From Longivirga aurantiaca (GTDB taxonomy: Bacteria; Actinomycetota; Actinomycetes; S36-B12; CAIYMF01), in the NCBI RefSeq assembly GCF_042660085.1, contig NZ_JBHSTI010000008.1:2145604-2177603 (forward strand): DNA of 32,000 nucleotides, read 5' to 3'. The position numbers and the translations under genes were made by a program. This document shows positions 8,521 through 15,280 of this stretch, piece by piece (the first letter of the stretch is position 1; every line of letters starts with the position of its first letter). The notes beneath the pieces were generated by a model. It was given only the letters and a program-made list of their open reading frames with translations, had not been told where the DNA came from and ran no database searches.

Positions 8521-9735
8521 TCAGGCGACCGGCTCGCACATCCAGAGGCGGTCCAGAGGATCGCCCTGGCACCAGTCGCGGCCGGGGCCGCCCAGCAGCA
8601 CGTCAGCCCCGGAGCCGCCACGGAGGACGTCGTCGCCGGCCCCACCGAGGAGGGAGTCGTCGCCGCCCATCCCCCAGAGCACGTTGCGGCTCGCCGAGCC
8701 GACGAGGACGTCGTCGCCGCCCCCGCCCATCACGTTCTCGACCGTCGACCGCACGAGGTCCAGCTCCCCCGCGACCCCGTCGTCGCGCATCTCGTCCACA
8801 CTGACTCGGACCGCGGACGGGCTCCACGTGTAGTAGACCCAGTCGCGACCCGTTCCCCCGTCGAAGGTGTCGCTGCCCACGCCGCCGTGCAGCTTGTCCT
8901 GGCCGGGCCCGCCGAGCAGCCGGTCGTCGCCGTCGTGGCCGATCAGCACGTCGTCGCCGTCATCGCCGAAGATCCTGTCGGCACCGTCGCCCCCGTCGAG
9001 CCGGTCCGCAGCCGCCATGCCGTGCAGGGAATCGTCCCCCGCCCCGCCGTACAGGCTGTCGTCGCCGCCGTCGCCCACGAGCCGGTCGTTCCCTGCATCG
9101 CCGTACATCACATCAGGACCGTCCTTGTGGGTGTACGCGATGATCGCGTCGCCCTGAAGCCGGTCGTCGCCGTCGCCGCCCCTGAGGAGGTCCGGGCCCT
9201 CGGTGCCGTTGAGGATGTCGTTCCCGGGGCCGCCGTAGAGACGGTCGTACCCGGTGTCGGTCGGCGTGCACATGACGACCATGCCGTCGCCCCAGCAGAA
9301 GTCCTCGGTGTAGCCGCCGACGAGGTAGTCCCGGCCGTCGTTCCCGTAGAGCGTGTCGTCGCCCTGCTGCCCCTCGAGGACGTCGTCGCCGGGGCCGGCC
9401 AGCAGGACGTCGTCGCCGAACCCGCCGTACAGGTACCCGCCCGAGCCCGCCGTCGCGTCGACGATGTCGTCGCCGGCTCCGGCCAGGACCACGTCCTGGC
9501 CGCCGAGGGCGCAGATCACGTCGTCGCCCTCGGTTCCCTCGATCCGCTCGGATGCGGCGTCGGTGCCCACGATCGTGCAGACGTCGCCGGTGACCGCACG
9601 CACCACGTCGGCATGGGCGGGAGCCGTGGCGACGAGCCCCAGGGCGATCAGAGCCGTCACCGAGACGCAGCAGGTACGGCGGAACCAGACGGACCGTTGG
9701 GCGTGGAGCGCGCTGTGGGTCGGCTCGCGCGTCAT
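8521..9735 (-). CDS. Secreted calcium-binding RTX-like (hemolysin-type nonapeptide repeat) beta-roll protein, paralog 1
   Basis: 404 aa. N-terminal signal peptide (..WFRRTCCVSVTALIALGLVATAPAHA/DV). About two dozen GGxGxDxLx-type nonapeptides by eye (GGAGDDVLRGGSGADVLLGGPGRD...). One interspersed VxV..DG.AGE.D....VEN..GG module. GGGAGGGGG SD upstream of ATG 9735. Confidence 0.85.
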   Translation of the reverse strand: MTREPTHSALHAQRSVWFRRTCCVSVTALIALGLVATAPAHADVVRAVTGDVCTIVGTDAASERIEGTEGDDVICALGGQDVVLAGAGDDIVDATAGSGGYLYGGFGDDVLLAGPGDDVLEGQQGDDTLYGNDGRDYLVGGYTEDFCWGDGMVVMCTPTDTGYDRLYGGPGNDILNGTEGPDLLRGGDGDDRLQGDAIIAYTHKDGPDVMYGDAGNDRLVGDGGDDSLYGGAGDDSLHGMAAADRLDGGDGADRIFGDDGDDVLIGHDGDDRLLGGPGQDKLHGGVGSDTFDGGTGRDWVYYTWSPSAVRVSVDEMRDDGVAGELDLVRSTVENVMGGGGDDVLVGSASRNVLWGMGGDDSLLGGAGDDVLRGGSGADVLLGGPGRDWCQGDPLDRLWMCEPVA

Positions 9736-9925
9736 GGCGAACCCCCTCCCGGAGGCAACGGCTCCAGGCTAGCCACCCGCCCGTGTGGACTCCCGTCGAG
9801 AGCAGCCGCAACGTGAAGGCGGACGGGGTCCTTCTGGCGGCTCGCCGTTCGTCCTTGAGGTGTCAGGGGCCCGACGGCGACGAGGGACGCAGGCGGGCCA
9901 CCACCGTCCAGCAAGGGAGCACACC

Positions 9926-10102
9926 ATGGGTTACTCGTTCGCCTGCGCCGACGCCGGCGCCCCCTGCCCCGGATCGTTCGCCACCGAGACCAAGGACGAG
10001 CTGCTGCAGCACCTGCAGATGCACACCGCCACCGCGCACCCCGACCTGCCGAACACCCCCGAGGCCGCCGCCCAGGTCGGCGCCCTCATCAAGCAGTTCT
10101 GA
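9926..10102 (+). CDS. DUF1059-family small metal-binding-type protein
   Basis: ATG at 9926 preceded by AAGGGAG (9912-9918). The 58-aa product MGYSFACADAGAPCPGSFATETKDELLQHLQMHTATAHPDL... fits the DUF1059 pattern (C.D.G..C...F.A.T.EE......H....H). The upstream part of tracked ORF 9785..10102 is rejected. Confidence 0.7.
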   Translation: MGYSFACADAGAPCPGSFATETKDELLQHLQMHTATAHPDLPNTPEAAAQVGALIKQF

Positions 10103-10129
10103 TCCCTGACGATGAGGGGAGGGCCCCCG

Positions 10130-10160
10130 CTGGGCGAGGATGGCCGAAGGCCTCGCCCAG
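10130..10160 (+). terminator. Stem-loop downstream of the DUF1059 gene (candidate intrinsic terminator)
   Basis: Perfect 10-bp inverted repeat CTGGGCGAGG (10130-10139) / CCTCGCCCAG (10151-10160) with an 11-nt loop, 28 nt after the stop codon. No U-tract, which is common in actinobacteria. Confidence 0.5.
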
Positions 10161-10162
10161 TA

Positions 10163-10226
10163 GGGGCCTTCGCTGCTCGGAGCGCAACGACGTCGGCCTT
10201 CACGGCCGAGCTGAAGGCCCCCTTCG
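10163..10226 (-). repeat. Structured intergenic repeat, copy A (read on the minus strand; begins 1 nt after the nitroreductase stop)
   Basis: The minus-strand core (10208->10163) is CGGCCGTGAAGGCCGACGTCGTTGCGCTCCGAGCAGCGAAGGCCCC. It matches copy B (14294-14339, plus strand) at 39 of 46 positions by hand alignment. Outer helix (G)GGGGCCTTC / GAAGGCCCC(T); inner hairpin TCGGCC-GTGAA-GGCCGA. Confidence 0.6.
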
Positions 10227-10841
10227 TCACCAGCCGTTGCGGTGCGTGAGCTCGTCGGTCGTACGCCGACGGCGCGTGCGGGCCGACGAGCCGACCGACA
10301 GCGGGTCGGTCTCGGCCGCGTACCCGAGGGCGATCGCGCCGGCCGGACGGAACTGCGGCGGCACCCCGAAGTGCTCGAGCACGGCCGCCTCGCCCTCGGA
10401 GAACCCGAAGAACCAGGCGCCGAGGCCTTCGTCGACGGCGGCCAGGAGGATGCACATCGAGGCCATCCCCGCATCGACGTACCAGAAGGGCACCGGCCAC
10501 TTCTCCTCGTCCGACAGGCCGAACTCCTGCTTGTCGGGCGCGGAGTAGCGCGCGAGGTACGCCGCCTTGTGCGCCAGCGGGATCACGACGACCGGCGCGA
10601 GCAGCGCGGTGTCGTCAGCGGTGCGTGCGTTGGTCGGGTCGTCGATCGTCGCCCAGAACCACGCGATCTCGGCGGGGTCGGAGATGACCAGGAACTCGTT
10701 CCCCTGCGTGAAGCCGGCCGACGGCGCGCGCAGCACGGAGTCGAGCACCCGCTCGAGGACGTCGGAGGGCACCGGCTCCTGCGAGTACGACCTGACCGAC
10801 GTGCGGCGCCTCAGCGCCTCCCACAGCTCCATGCCCCGCAT
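10227..10841 (-). CDS. Nitroreductase-family protein
   Basis: (MRG)MELWEALRRRTSVRSYSQEPVPSDVLERVLDSVLRAPSAGFTQGNEF is the canonical nitroreductase N-terminus. Start is either ATG 10841 or ATG 10832. The 83-codon extension in tracked ORF 10227..11090 is rejected because it overlaps the small membrane gene in another frame. Confidence 0.85.
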   Translation of the reverse strand: MRGMELWEALRRRTSVRSYSQEPVPSDVLERVLDSVLRAPSAGFTQGNEFLVISDPAEIAWFWATIDDPTNARTADDTALLAPVVVIPLAHKAAYLARYSAPDKQEFGLSDEEKWPVPFWYVDAGMASMCILLAAVDEGLGAWFFGFSEGEAAVLEHFGVPPQFRPAGAIALGYAAETDPLSVGSSARTRRRRTTDELTHRNGW

Positions 10842-10888
10842 CCTGCACCCACCAGGTGCGGTGCCGGCAGTCCGTGGGCGGCGGCGTC

Positions 10889-11044
10889 CTACATCGGGCC
10901 GCCGCCGCGCCGCGGGCCGTGCTTGCCGAGCTGGTCGGTCTCGACCTCGTACGCCGTGTCCAGGCCGGTCCGCGGGCTGCGGCTGGCCTTCATCCACAGC
11001 CAGACGAAGACCGCGACAACAACTCCCAGGATGACCCAACCCAT
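10889..11044 (-). CDS. Small single-pass membrane protein (51 aa), not in the ORF track
   Basis: Hand translation from ATG 11044: MGWVILGVVVAVFVWLWMKASRSPRTGLDTAYEVETDQLGKHGPRRGGGPM, with stop TAG at 10891-10889. Strong SD GGGGGAG 6 nt upstream. Nearly all codons end in G/C. One N-terminal TM helix and a charged tail. Lies 47 nt upstream of the nitroreductase on the same strand. Confidence 0.6.
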   Translation of the reverse strand: MGWVILGVVVAVFVWLWMKASRSPRTGLDTAYEVETDQLGKHGPRRGGGPM

Positions 11045-11108
11045 GACTGCTCCCCCTGTCCCCCTGATCAGCGTGGCTGCCTCGCACCATCGTGGCTCAC
11101 GGCCCGGG

Positions 11109-11178
11109 GATCTGCCCCCGGATCGGTCGTGAAGACACGACCGAACGCCTCGGGAAGCGACGGAACCGGGGGCAGATC
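11109..11178 (-). other. Nested stem-loop between rsmE and the small membrane protein gene (candidate terminator or structured RNA)
   Basis: Perfect 13-bp inverted repeat GATCTGCCCCCGG (11109-11121) / CCGGGGGCAGATC (11166-11178). It encloses a perfect 8-bp hairpin CGGTCGTG-aaga-CACGACCG (11124-11143). Starts 17 nt downstream of the rsmE stop. Confidence 0.45.
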
Positions 11179-11194
11179 GCCGAGACGAGCCGGG

Positions 11195-11950
11195 TCAGTC
11201 CCAGCGGCCGCAGCTGGCGAGGACGACGGCTGCGGCCACCGCGCCGGCAGTCGAGGTACGCAGCACCGACGGGCCGAGCCGGGCCGACAGCGCGCCGGCC
11301 GCCTCGAACGCCGCCTTCTCGTCGTCGGAGATGCCGCCCTCGGGCCCGACGACCAGCACGACGTCGCCCGTGCTCCGGAGCCTGATCGACGACATCCGCA
11401 GCGAGGCTGCCTCGTGCAGCACCAGCGCCGTCCCGCCCGACCCGACCGCCGCCGACACCAGCGCGACGACCTCCGCCGTGGTCGCGAGCGGGTCGATCTC
11501 GGGCACGAACGGTTGGCGCGACTGCTTGGCCGCCTCGCGGGCGGTCGTGCGCCACTTCTCCACGCCGCGCTGGGCCTTCTCGCCCTTCCAAACCGCGACC
11601 GACCGCGACGCGGACCACGGCACGACGACGTCGGCCCCGACCTCGGTGAGCAGCTCGACCGAGAGGTCGCCACGCTCGCCCTTGGGCAGGGCCTGGACGA
11701 CGATGACGCGCGGCGACGGCGGCTCGTGCACGACCACGGAGACGACGCGTGCCTCGAGCCGGTCGCGTCCGACCACGCCGATCGCCTCGGCCTCGACGAC
11801 CGTGCCGAAGCCGTCGCCGACGAGCACCGTCTCGCCCACGGTGATGCGGCGCACCGAGACCGCGTGCCGCCCCTCCGCGCCCTCGAGCACCACGACTGCG
11901 CCCTCCTGGCGCGGCACACCGGCGTCGGAGAGGAAGAACGGCGCGGTCAT
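11195..11950 (-). CDS. rsmE: 16S rRNA (uracil1498-N3)-methyltransferase RsmE
   Basis: ATG at 11950 (MTAPFFLSDAG...), 7 nt after the dnaJ stop. C-terminal SPOUT motif VLVVGPEGGISDDEKAAFEAAGALSARLGPSVLRTSTAG. The extension to 12052 overlaps dnaJ and is rejected. Confidence 0.9.
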   Translation of the reverse strand: MTAPFFLSDAGVPRQEGAVVVLEGAEGRHAVSVRRITVGETVLVGDGFGTVVEAEAIGVVGRDRLEARVVSVVVHEPPSPRVIVVQALPKGERGDLSVELLTEVGADVVVPWSASRSVAVWKGEKAQRGVEKWRTTAREAAKQSRQPFVPEIDPLATTAEVVALVSAAVGSGGTALVLHEAASLRMSSIRLRSTGDVVLVVGPEGGISDDEKAAFEAAGALSARLGPSVLRTSTAGAVAAAVVLASCGRWD

Positions 11951-11957
11951 CGCGCGC

Positions 11958-13085
11958 TCAGCGGCCGTTGAACGCGTCGCGCAGGCGCGAGAAGAGGCCG
12001 CTCTGCTCGACGCGCCCGGCCTGCACGGTCGTGGTGGCTGCGGACTCGCCACGCAACGTCGCGAGCTGACGGATCAGCTCCTCCTGCTGGGCGTCGAGCT
12101 TGGTCGGCGTCGCGACGTCGACGTGCACGTGCAGGTCGCCGCGGCCGGATCCGCGCAGGTGCGCGACACCCTTCTGCCGCAGCGTCACGGTCTGGCCGGA
12201 CTGCGTCCCGGGCTTGACCTCGATGCGCTCGAGCCCGTCGAGGGTCTCGAGGTCGACGGCTGTGCCGAGGGCCGCCGAGGTCATCGGCAGCGTCACGGTG
12301 CAGTGCAGGTCGTCGCCCTGGCGCGAGAAGATCTCGTGCGGCGTCTCGACCACCTCGAGGAAGAGGTCGCCCGGGGTACCGCCGCCCGGGCCCACCTCGC
12401 CCTCGCCCGACAGCTGGATGCGCGTGCCGGTGTCGACGCCCGGCGGCACCTTCACGGTGATCGTGCGGCGCGTGCGCACGCGGCCGTCGCCGGAGCACTC
12501 GGGGCACGGGTGCGGGATGAGCGTGCCGAAGCCCTGGCACTGCGGGCACGGGCGGGAGGTCATGACCTGCCCGAGGAACGAGCGCTGCACCGACTGCACC
12601 TCGCCGCGCCCCTGGCACATCGTGCAGGTGACAACCTGGGTGTCCGGGGCCGTGCCCGCGCCGGAGCACGAGCCGCAGACCACGGCGGTGTCGACGGTGA
12701 GCTCGCGCGTGACGCCGAAGGTCGCCTCGGCGAGATCCACCTGCAGGCGGATGAGCGCGTCCTTGCCGCGGCTGCGGCGCGAGCGCGGGCCGCGCGCCTG
12801 GGTGCCGAAGAACGCGTCCATGATGTCGCCGAAGCCGAAGCCCTGGCCGCCGCCGAAGCCGGCCGCCCCGCCGCGCGGGTCGCCGCCGAGGTCGTACATC
12901 TGGCGCTTGTCGGCGTCCGACAGCACCTCGTACGCCGCGGTGACCTCCTTGAACCGGTCCTGGGTCGCAGGGTCCGGGTTCACGTCCGGGTGGAGCTCGC
13001 GCGCCAGCTTGCGGTAGGCGCGCTTGATCTCCTCGGGGGTCGCGTCGTGCGCGACGCCCAGGACGGCGTACAGGTCGGTGGCCAC
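11958..13085 (-). CDS. dnaJ: Molecular chaperone DnaJ (hrcA-linked dnaJ2 type)
   Basis: 375 aa. J domain DLYAVLGVAHDATPEEIKRAYRKLARELHPDVNPD, a G/F-rich linker, and four CxxCxGxG zinc-finger motifs (CGSCSGAG, CTMCQGRG, CPQCQGFG, CPECSGDG). Confidence 0.97.
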   Translation of the reverse strand: MATDLYAVLGVAHDATPEEIKRAYRKLARELHPDVNPDPATQDRFKEVTAAYEVLSDADKRQMYDLGGDPRGGAAGFGGGQGFGFGDIMDAFFGTQARGPRSRRSRGKDALIRLQVDLAEATFGVTRELTVDTAVVCGSCSGAGTAPDTQVVTCTMCQGRGEVQSVQRSFLGQVMTSRPCPQCQGFGTLIPHPCPECSGDGRVRTRRTITVKVPPGVDTGTRIQLSGEGEVGPGGGTPGDLFLEVVETPHEIFSRQGDDLHCTVTLPMTSAALGTAVDLETLDGLERIEVKPGTQSGQTVTLRQKGVAHLRGSGRGDLHVHVDVATPTKLDAQQEELIRQLATLRGESAATTTVQAGRVEQSGLFSRLRDAFNGR

Positions 13086-13128
13086 GGTCTCGCGTTCTCT
13101 CGTCGGGGTCAGGCTCGTGCGGAGGGAG

Positions 13129-14151
13129 TCACTGCTGCTCGGTCAGGATGCGCCCGACGTACCGCGCGACCGCGCGGACCGAGCCCATCGTGCCGGGGTA
13201 GTCCATGCGGGTGGGGCCGACGACGCCGAGCTGCGCGACGACGTCGTCGCCCAGGCCGTACCCGACCGTCACCACCGATGTGGCGGACAGGCCCTCGACC
13301 TCGTTCTCGTGGCCGATGCGCACGCTGAGGACGTCGGTGGTGCGGCTCTCGCCGAGCAGGCGCAGCAGCACCATCTGCTCCTCGAGCGCCTCGAGCACCG
13401 GACGCACGGTGCCGGTGAAGTCCTCCCCGAACTTGGCGAGGTTGGCGGTGCCCGCCAGCATCACGCGCTCCTCGTGGCGCTCGACCACCGTCTCGAGCAG
13501 CGACGCGACCACCGCGGTGACGGCGGGGCGCTCGTCGGAGGCGAACTGCTCGGGCAGGTCGGACACGCGGTCGGCGACGTCGACCAGGCGCTGGCCGGTG
13601 ACACGCTCGAGGATCCGGCCGCGCAGACGCCCGAGGAGGTCGTCGGTCATCGCGACGCCGGTCTCCACCACGCGCTGCTCGACGCGGCCGGTGTCGGCGA
13701 TGAGCACGAGCAGCACGCGCGACGGCCCGAGGCCGACGAGCTCGATGTGCCGCACGTGCGAGCGCGTGAGCGAGGGGTACTGGATGAGCGCGACCTGGCG
13801 GGTCAGCTGCGCGAGCAGGCGCACCGAGCGCTGCATGACGTCGTCGAGGTCGACGGCGCCGTCGAGGAACGAGCCGATCGCCCGGCGCTCGGCGGCCGAC
13901 ATCGGCTTGACCTGGCTCAGGCGGTCGACGAAGACGCGGTAGCCCTGGTCGGTGGGCACGCGGCCGGCGCTCGTGTGGGGCTGCGCGATGAGCCCCTCCT
14001 CCTCGAGCGCCGCCATGTCGTTGCGGATCGTGGCGGGGCTGACGCCGAGCGAGTGGCGCTCGACCAGGGAGCGCGATCCCACGGGCTCGTGGGTGGCGAC
14101 GTAGTCCTCGACGATGGCGCGCAGCACCGCGAGACGGCGATCCTCGACCAC
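13129..14151 (-). CDS. hrcA: Heat-inducible transcriptional repressor HrcA
   Basis: 340 aa. The N-terminal winged helix [72 protein letters not shown] is canonical HrcA. A CIRCE element lies immediately upstream. Confidence 0.97.
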   Translation of the reverse strand: MVEDRRLAVLRAIVEDYVATHEPVGSRSLVERHSLGVSPATIRNDMAALEEEGLIAQPHTSAGRVPTDQGYRVFVDRLSQVKPMSAAERRAIGSFLDGAVDLDDVMQRSVRLLAQLTRQVALIQYPSLTRSHVRHIELVGLGPSRVLLVLIADTGRVEQRVVETGVAMTDDLLGRLRGRILERVTGQRLVDVADRVSDLPEQFASDERPAVTAVVASLLETVVERHEERVMLAGTANLAKFGEDFTGTVRPVLEALEEQMVLLRLLGESRTTDVLSVRIGHENEVEGLSATSVVTVGYGLGDDVVAQLGVVGPTRMDYPGTMGSVRAVARYVGRILTEQQ

Positions 14152-14163
14152 TGCTCACCTCCG

Positions 14164-14190
14164 CTGGCACTCCCGCTGGACGAGTGCCAA
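14164..14190 (-). promoter_or_regulatory. CIRCE operator (HrcA binding site) upstream of hrcA-dnaJ
   Basis: The minus strand reads TTGGCACTC-GTCCAGCGG-GAGTGCCAG, against the consensus TTAGCACTC-N9-GAGTGCTAA. It lies 13 nt upstream of the hrcA start. A possible -10 hexamer TAGACT (14195-14190) abuts the left arm. Confidence 0.85.
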
Positions 14191-14287
14191 GTCTACGTCG
14201 AAGCCGCCCGCGGCACGCCCCGAGCGCGCCGGGTCGGCGGCGGGTCCGGGGATCACGGCGCCGCGGAGCCTAGGCTCGACGGCGATC

Positions 14288-14343
14288 GGGGCCCGGCCGT
14301 GAAGGCCGGAATTGTTGCGCTCTGAGCGACGAAGGCCCCCTTC
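14288..14343 (+). repeat. Structured intergenic repeat, copy B (plus strand, in the putative 5' leader of the PrsW-family gene)
   Basis: The core (14294-14339) is CGGCCGTGAAGGCCGGAATTGTTGCGCTCTGAGCGACGAAGGCCCC. Outer pairing GGGGCC (14288-14293) / GGCCCC (14334-14339). Inner hairpin CCGGCC-GTGAA-GGCCGG (14293-14309). Terminal GAAGG-CCC-CCTTC palindrome (14331-14343). Confidence 0.6.
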
Positions 14344-14377
14344 ATCGCGAACCAGATCGTGCGACGGAGGAGCGGGA

Positions 14378-15280
14378 GTGAGCGAGGGGACGACGACGCG
14401 GGTGCGGCGGGCGGCGTGGCGGAGCTGGTTCGTCGTCGGCCTCGCGCTGTGGGTGGCGTCGGCGGTCGTCACGTACTGGACCGAGAACCCGACCCTGCTC
14501 CCGACGGTGATCCTGCTCGGCAGCTTCCTCGTGCCCACCACGTTCGTGCTCTGGGCGTTCGAGACGCGCGCCGGCAGCTCCCTCTCCCCGACACTGGTGC
14601 TCAAGGCATTCGTGGTCGGCGGCGTCCTCGGGGTGCTGCTCGCCTCGGTGATCGAGACCGCGCTGCTGACCGGCGGCCGACCCCTGCTCATGTACGCCGG
14701 CGTCGGACTCATCGAGGAGGCGGCCAAGCTCGCCGCGCTCTGGTGGGTCGCGCGCGAGATGACCCGGCACACGCGGCGCGACGGCATGATCCTCGGCGCG
14801 GCGGTGGGCTTCGGCTTCGCGGCCTTCGAGACCGCGGGCTACGCCTTCAACGCCCTCGTCAGCCTCGACGGCTACGACCTGCGCGCACTGCTCGAGATCG
14901 AGGTGCTGCGCAGCGTGCTCTCCCCCGTCGGCCACGGGCTCTGGACCGCCGTCCTCGGCGGCGCGCTCTTCGCCTCGGCGCAGGCGACGGGCCGCTTCCG
15001 CCTCAGCCGCGAGCTCGTCCTCACCTACCTCGCGATGTCCGGCCTGCACGCGCTCTGGGACATGGCCGGGGGCCTCGCGGCGGTCTTCACGTGGGTGTTC
15101 ACGGCGTCCGAGTGGCAGACCTCGCTCCTGCAGTCCGGGCGCCTCCCTGCCCCGACCCAGCAGCAGGTCCATCTCAGCGGCGTCCTCACCTGGCTCATCC
15201 TCACCGGCGTCGCCGTGTGGGGCGTGTGGGTGCTCGGCCGCCGGTGGCAGGCCGCGAAGGACGAGGACGTGCCCGCATGA
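14378..15280 (+). CDS. PrsW-family intramembrane glutamic/metallo-protease
   Basis: GTG at 14378, 7 nt after GGAGG (14366-14370). Multi-pass membrane protein with PrsW signature segments GLIEEAAKLAALWW, GFGFAAFETAGY and HGLWTAVLG. The TTG-initiated extension from 14312 lacks an SD. Confidence 0.8.
   Translation: MSEGTTTRVRRAAWRSWFVVGLALWVASAVVTYWTENPTLLPTVILLGSFLVPTTFVLWAFETRAGSSLSPTLVLKAFVVGGVLGVLLASVIETALLTGGRPLLMYAGVGLIEEAAKLAALWWVAREMTRHTRRDGMILGAAVGFGFAAFETAGYAFNALVSLDGYDLRALLEIEVLRSVLSPVGHGLWTAVLGGALFASAQATGRFRLSRELVLTYLAMSGLHALWDMAGGLAAVFTWVFTASEWQTSLLQSGRLPAPTQQQVHLSGVLTWLILTGVAVWGVWVLGRRWQAAKDEDVPA

Noticed and set aside
8521-9735. RTX-like proteins as classical RTX toxins or a T1SS locus, or their periodic DNA as a CRISPR or tandem-repeat array
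   Set aside because: The window contains no T1SS ABC/MFP genes, no acyltransferase (hlyC-type) and no pore-forming hydrophobic domain. The proteins carry N-terminal signal peptides instead. The 27-nt periodicity is degenerate coding repeat, with no identical direct repeats or unique spacers, so it is not a CRISPR array.
9736-9925. Functional link between DUF1059 (putative metal-binding) and the divergently transcribed calcium-binding RTX-like gene
   Set aside because: The only evidence is a shared 190-bp divergent region. DUF1059 has Cys/His ligand chemistry unrelated to calcium. I have no conservation data for the pairing.
4567-13328. Other long antisense or shadow ORFs (4567..6102+, 6075..7616+, 8491..9816+, 7556..8494+, 11331..13328+, 11068..11919-, 11947..12669-)
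   Set aside because: Each overlaps a motif-bearing gene on the other strand or in another frame, lacks an SD, and has the compositional signature of GC-driven open frames.
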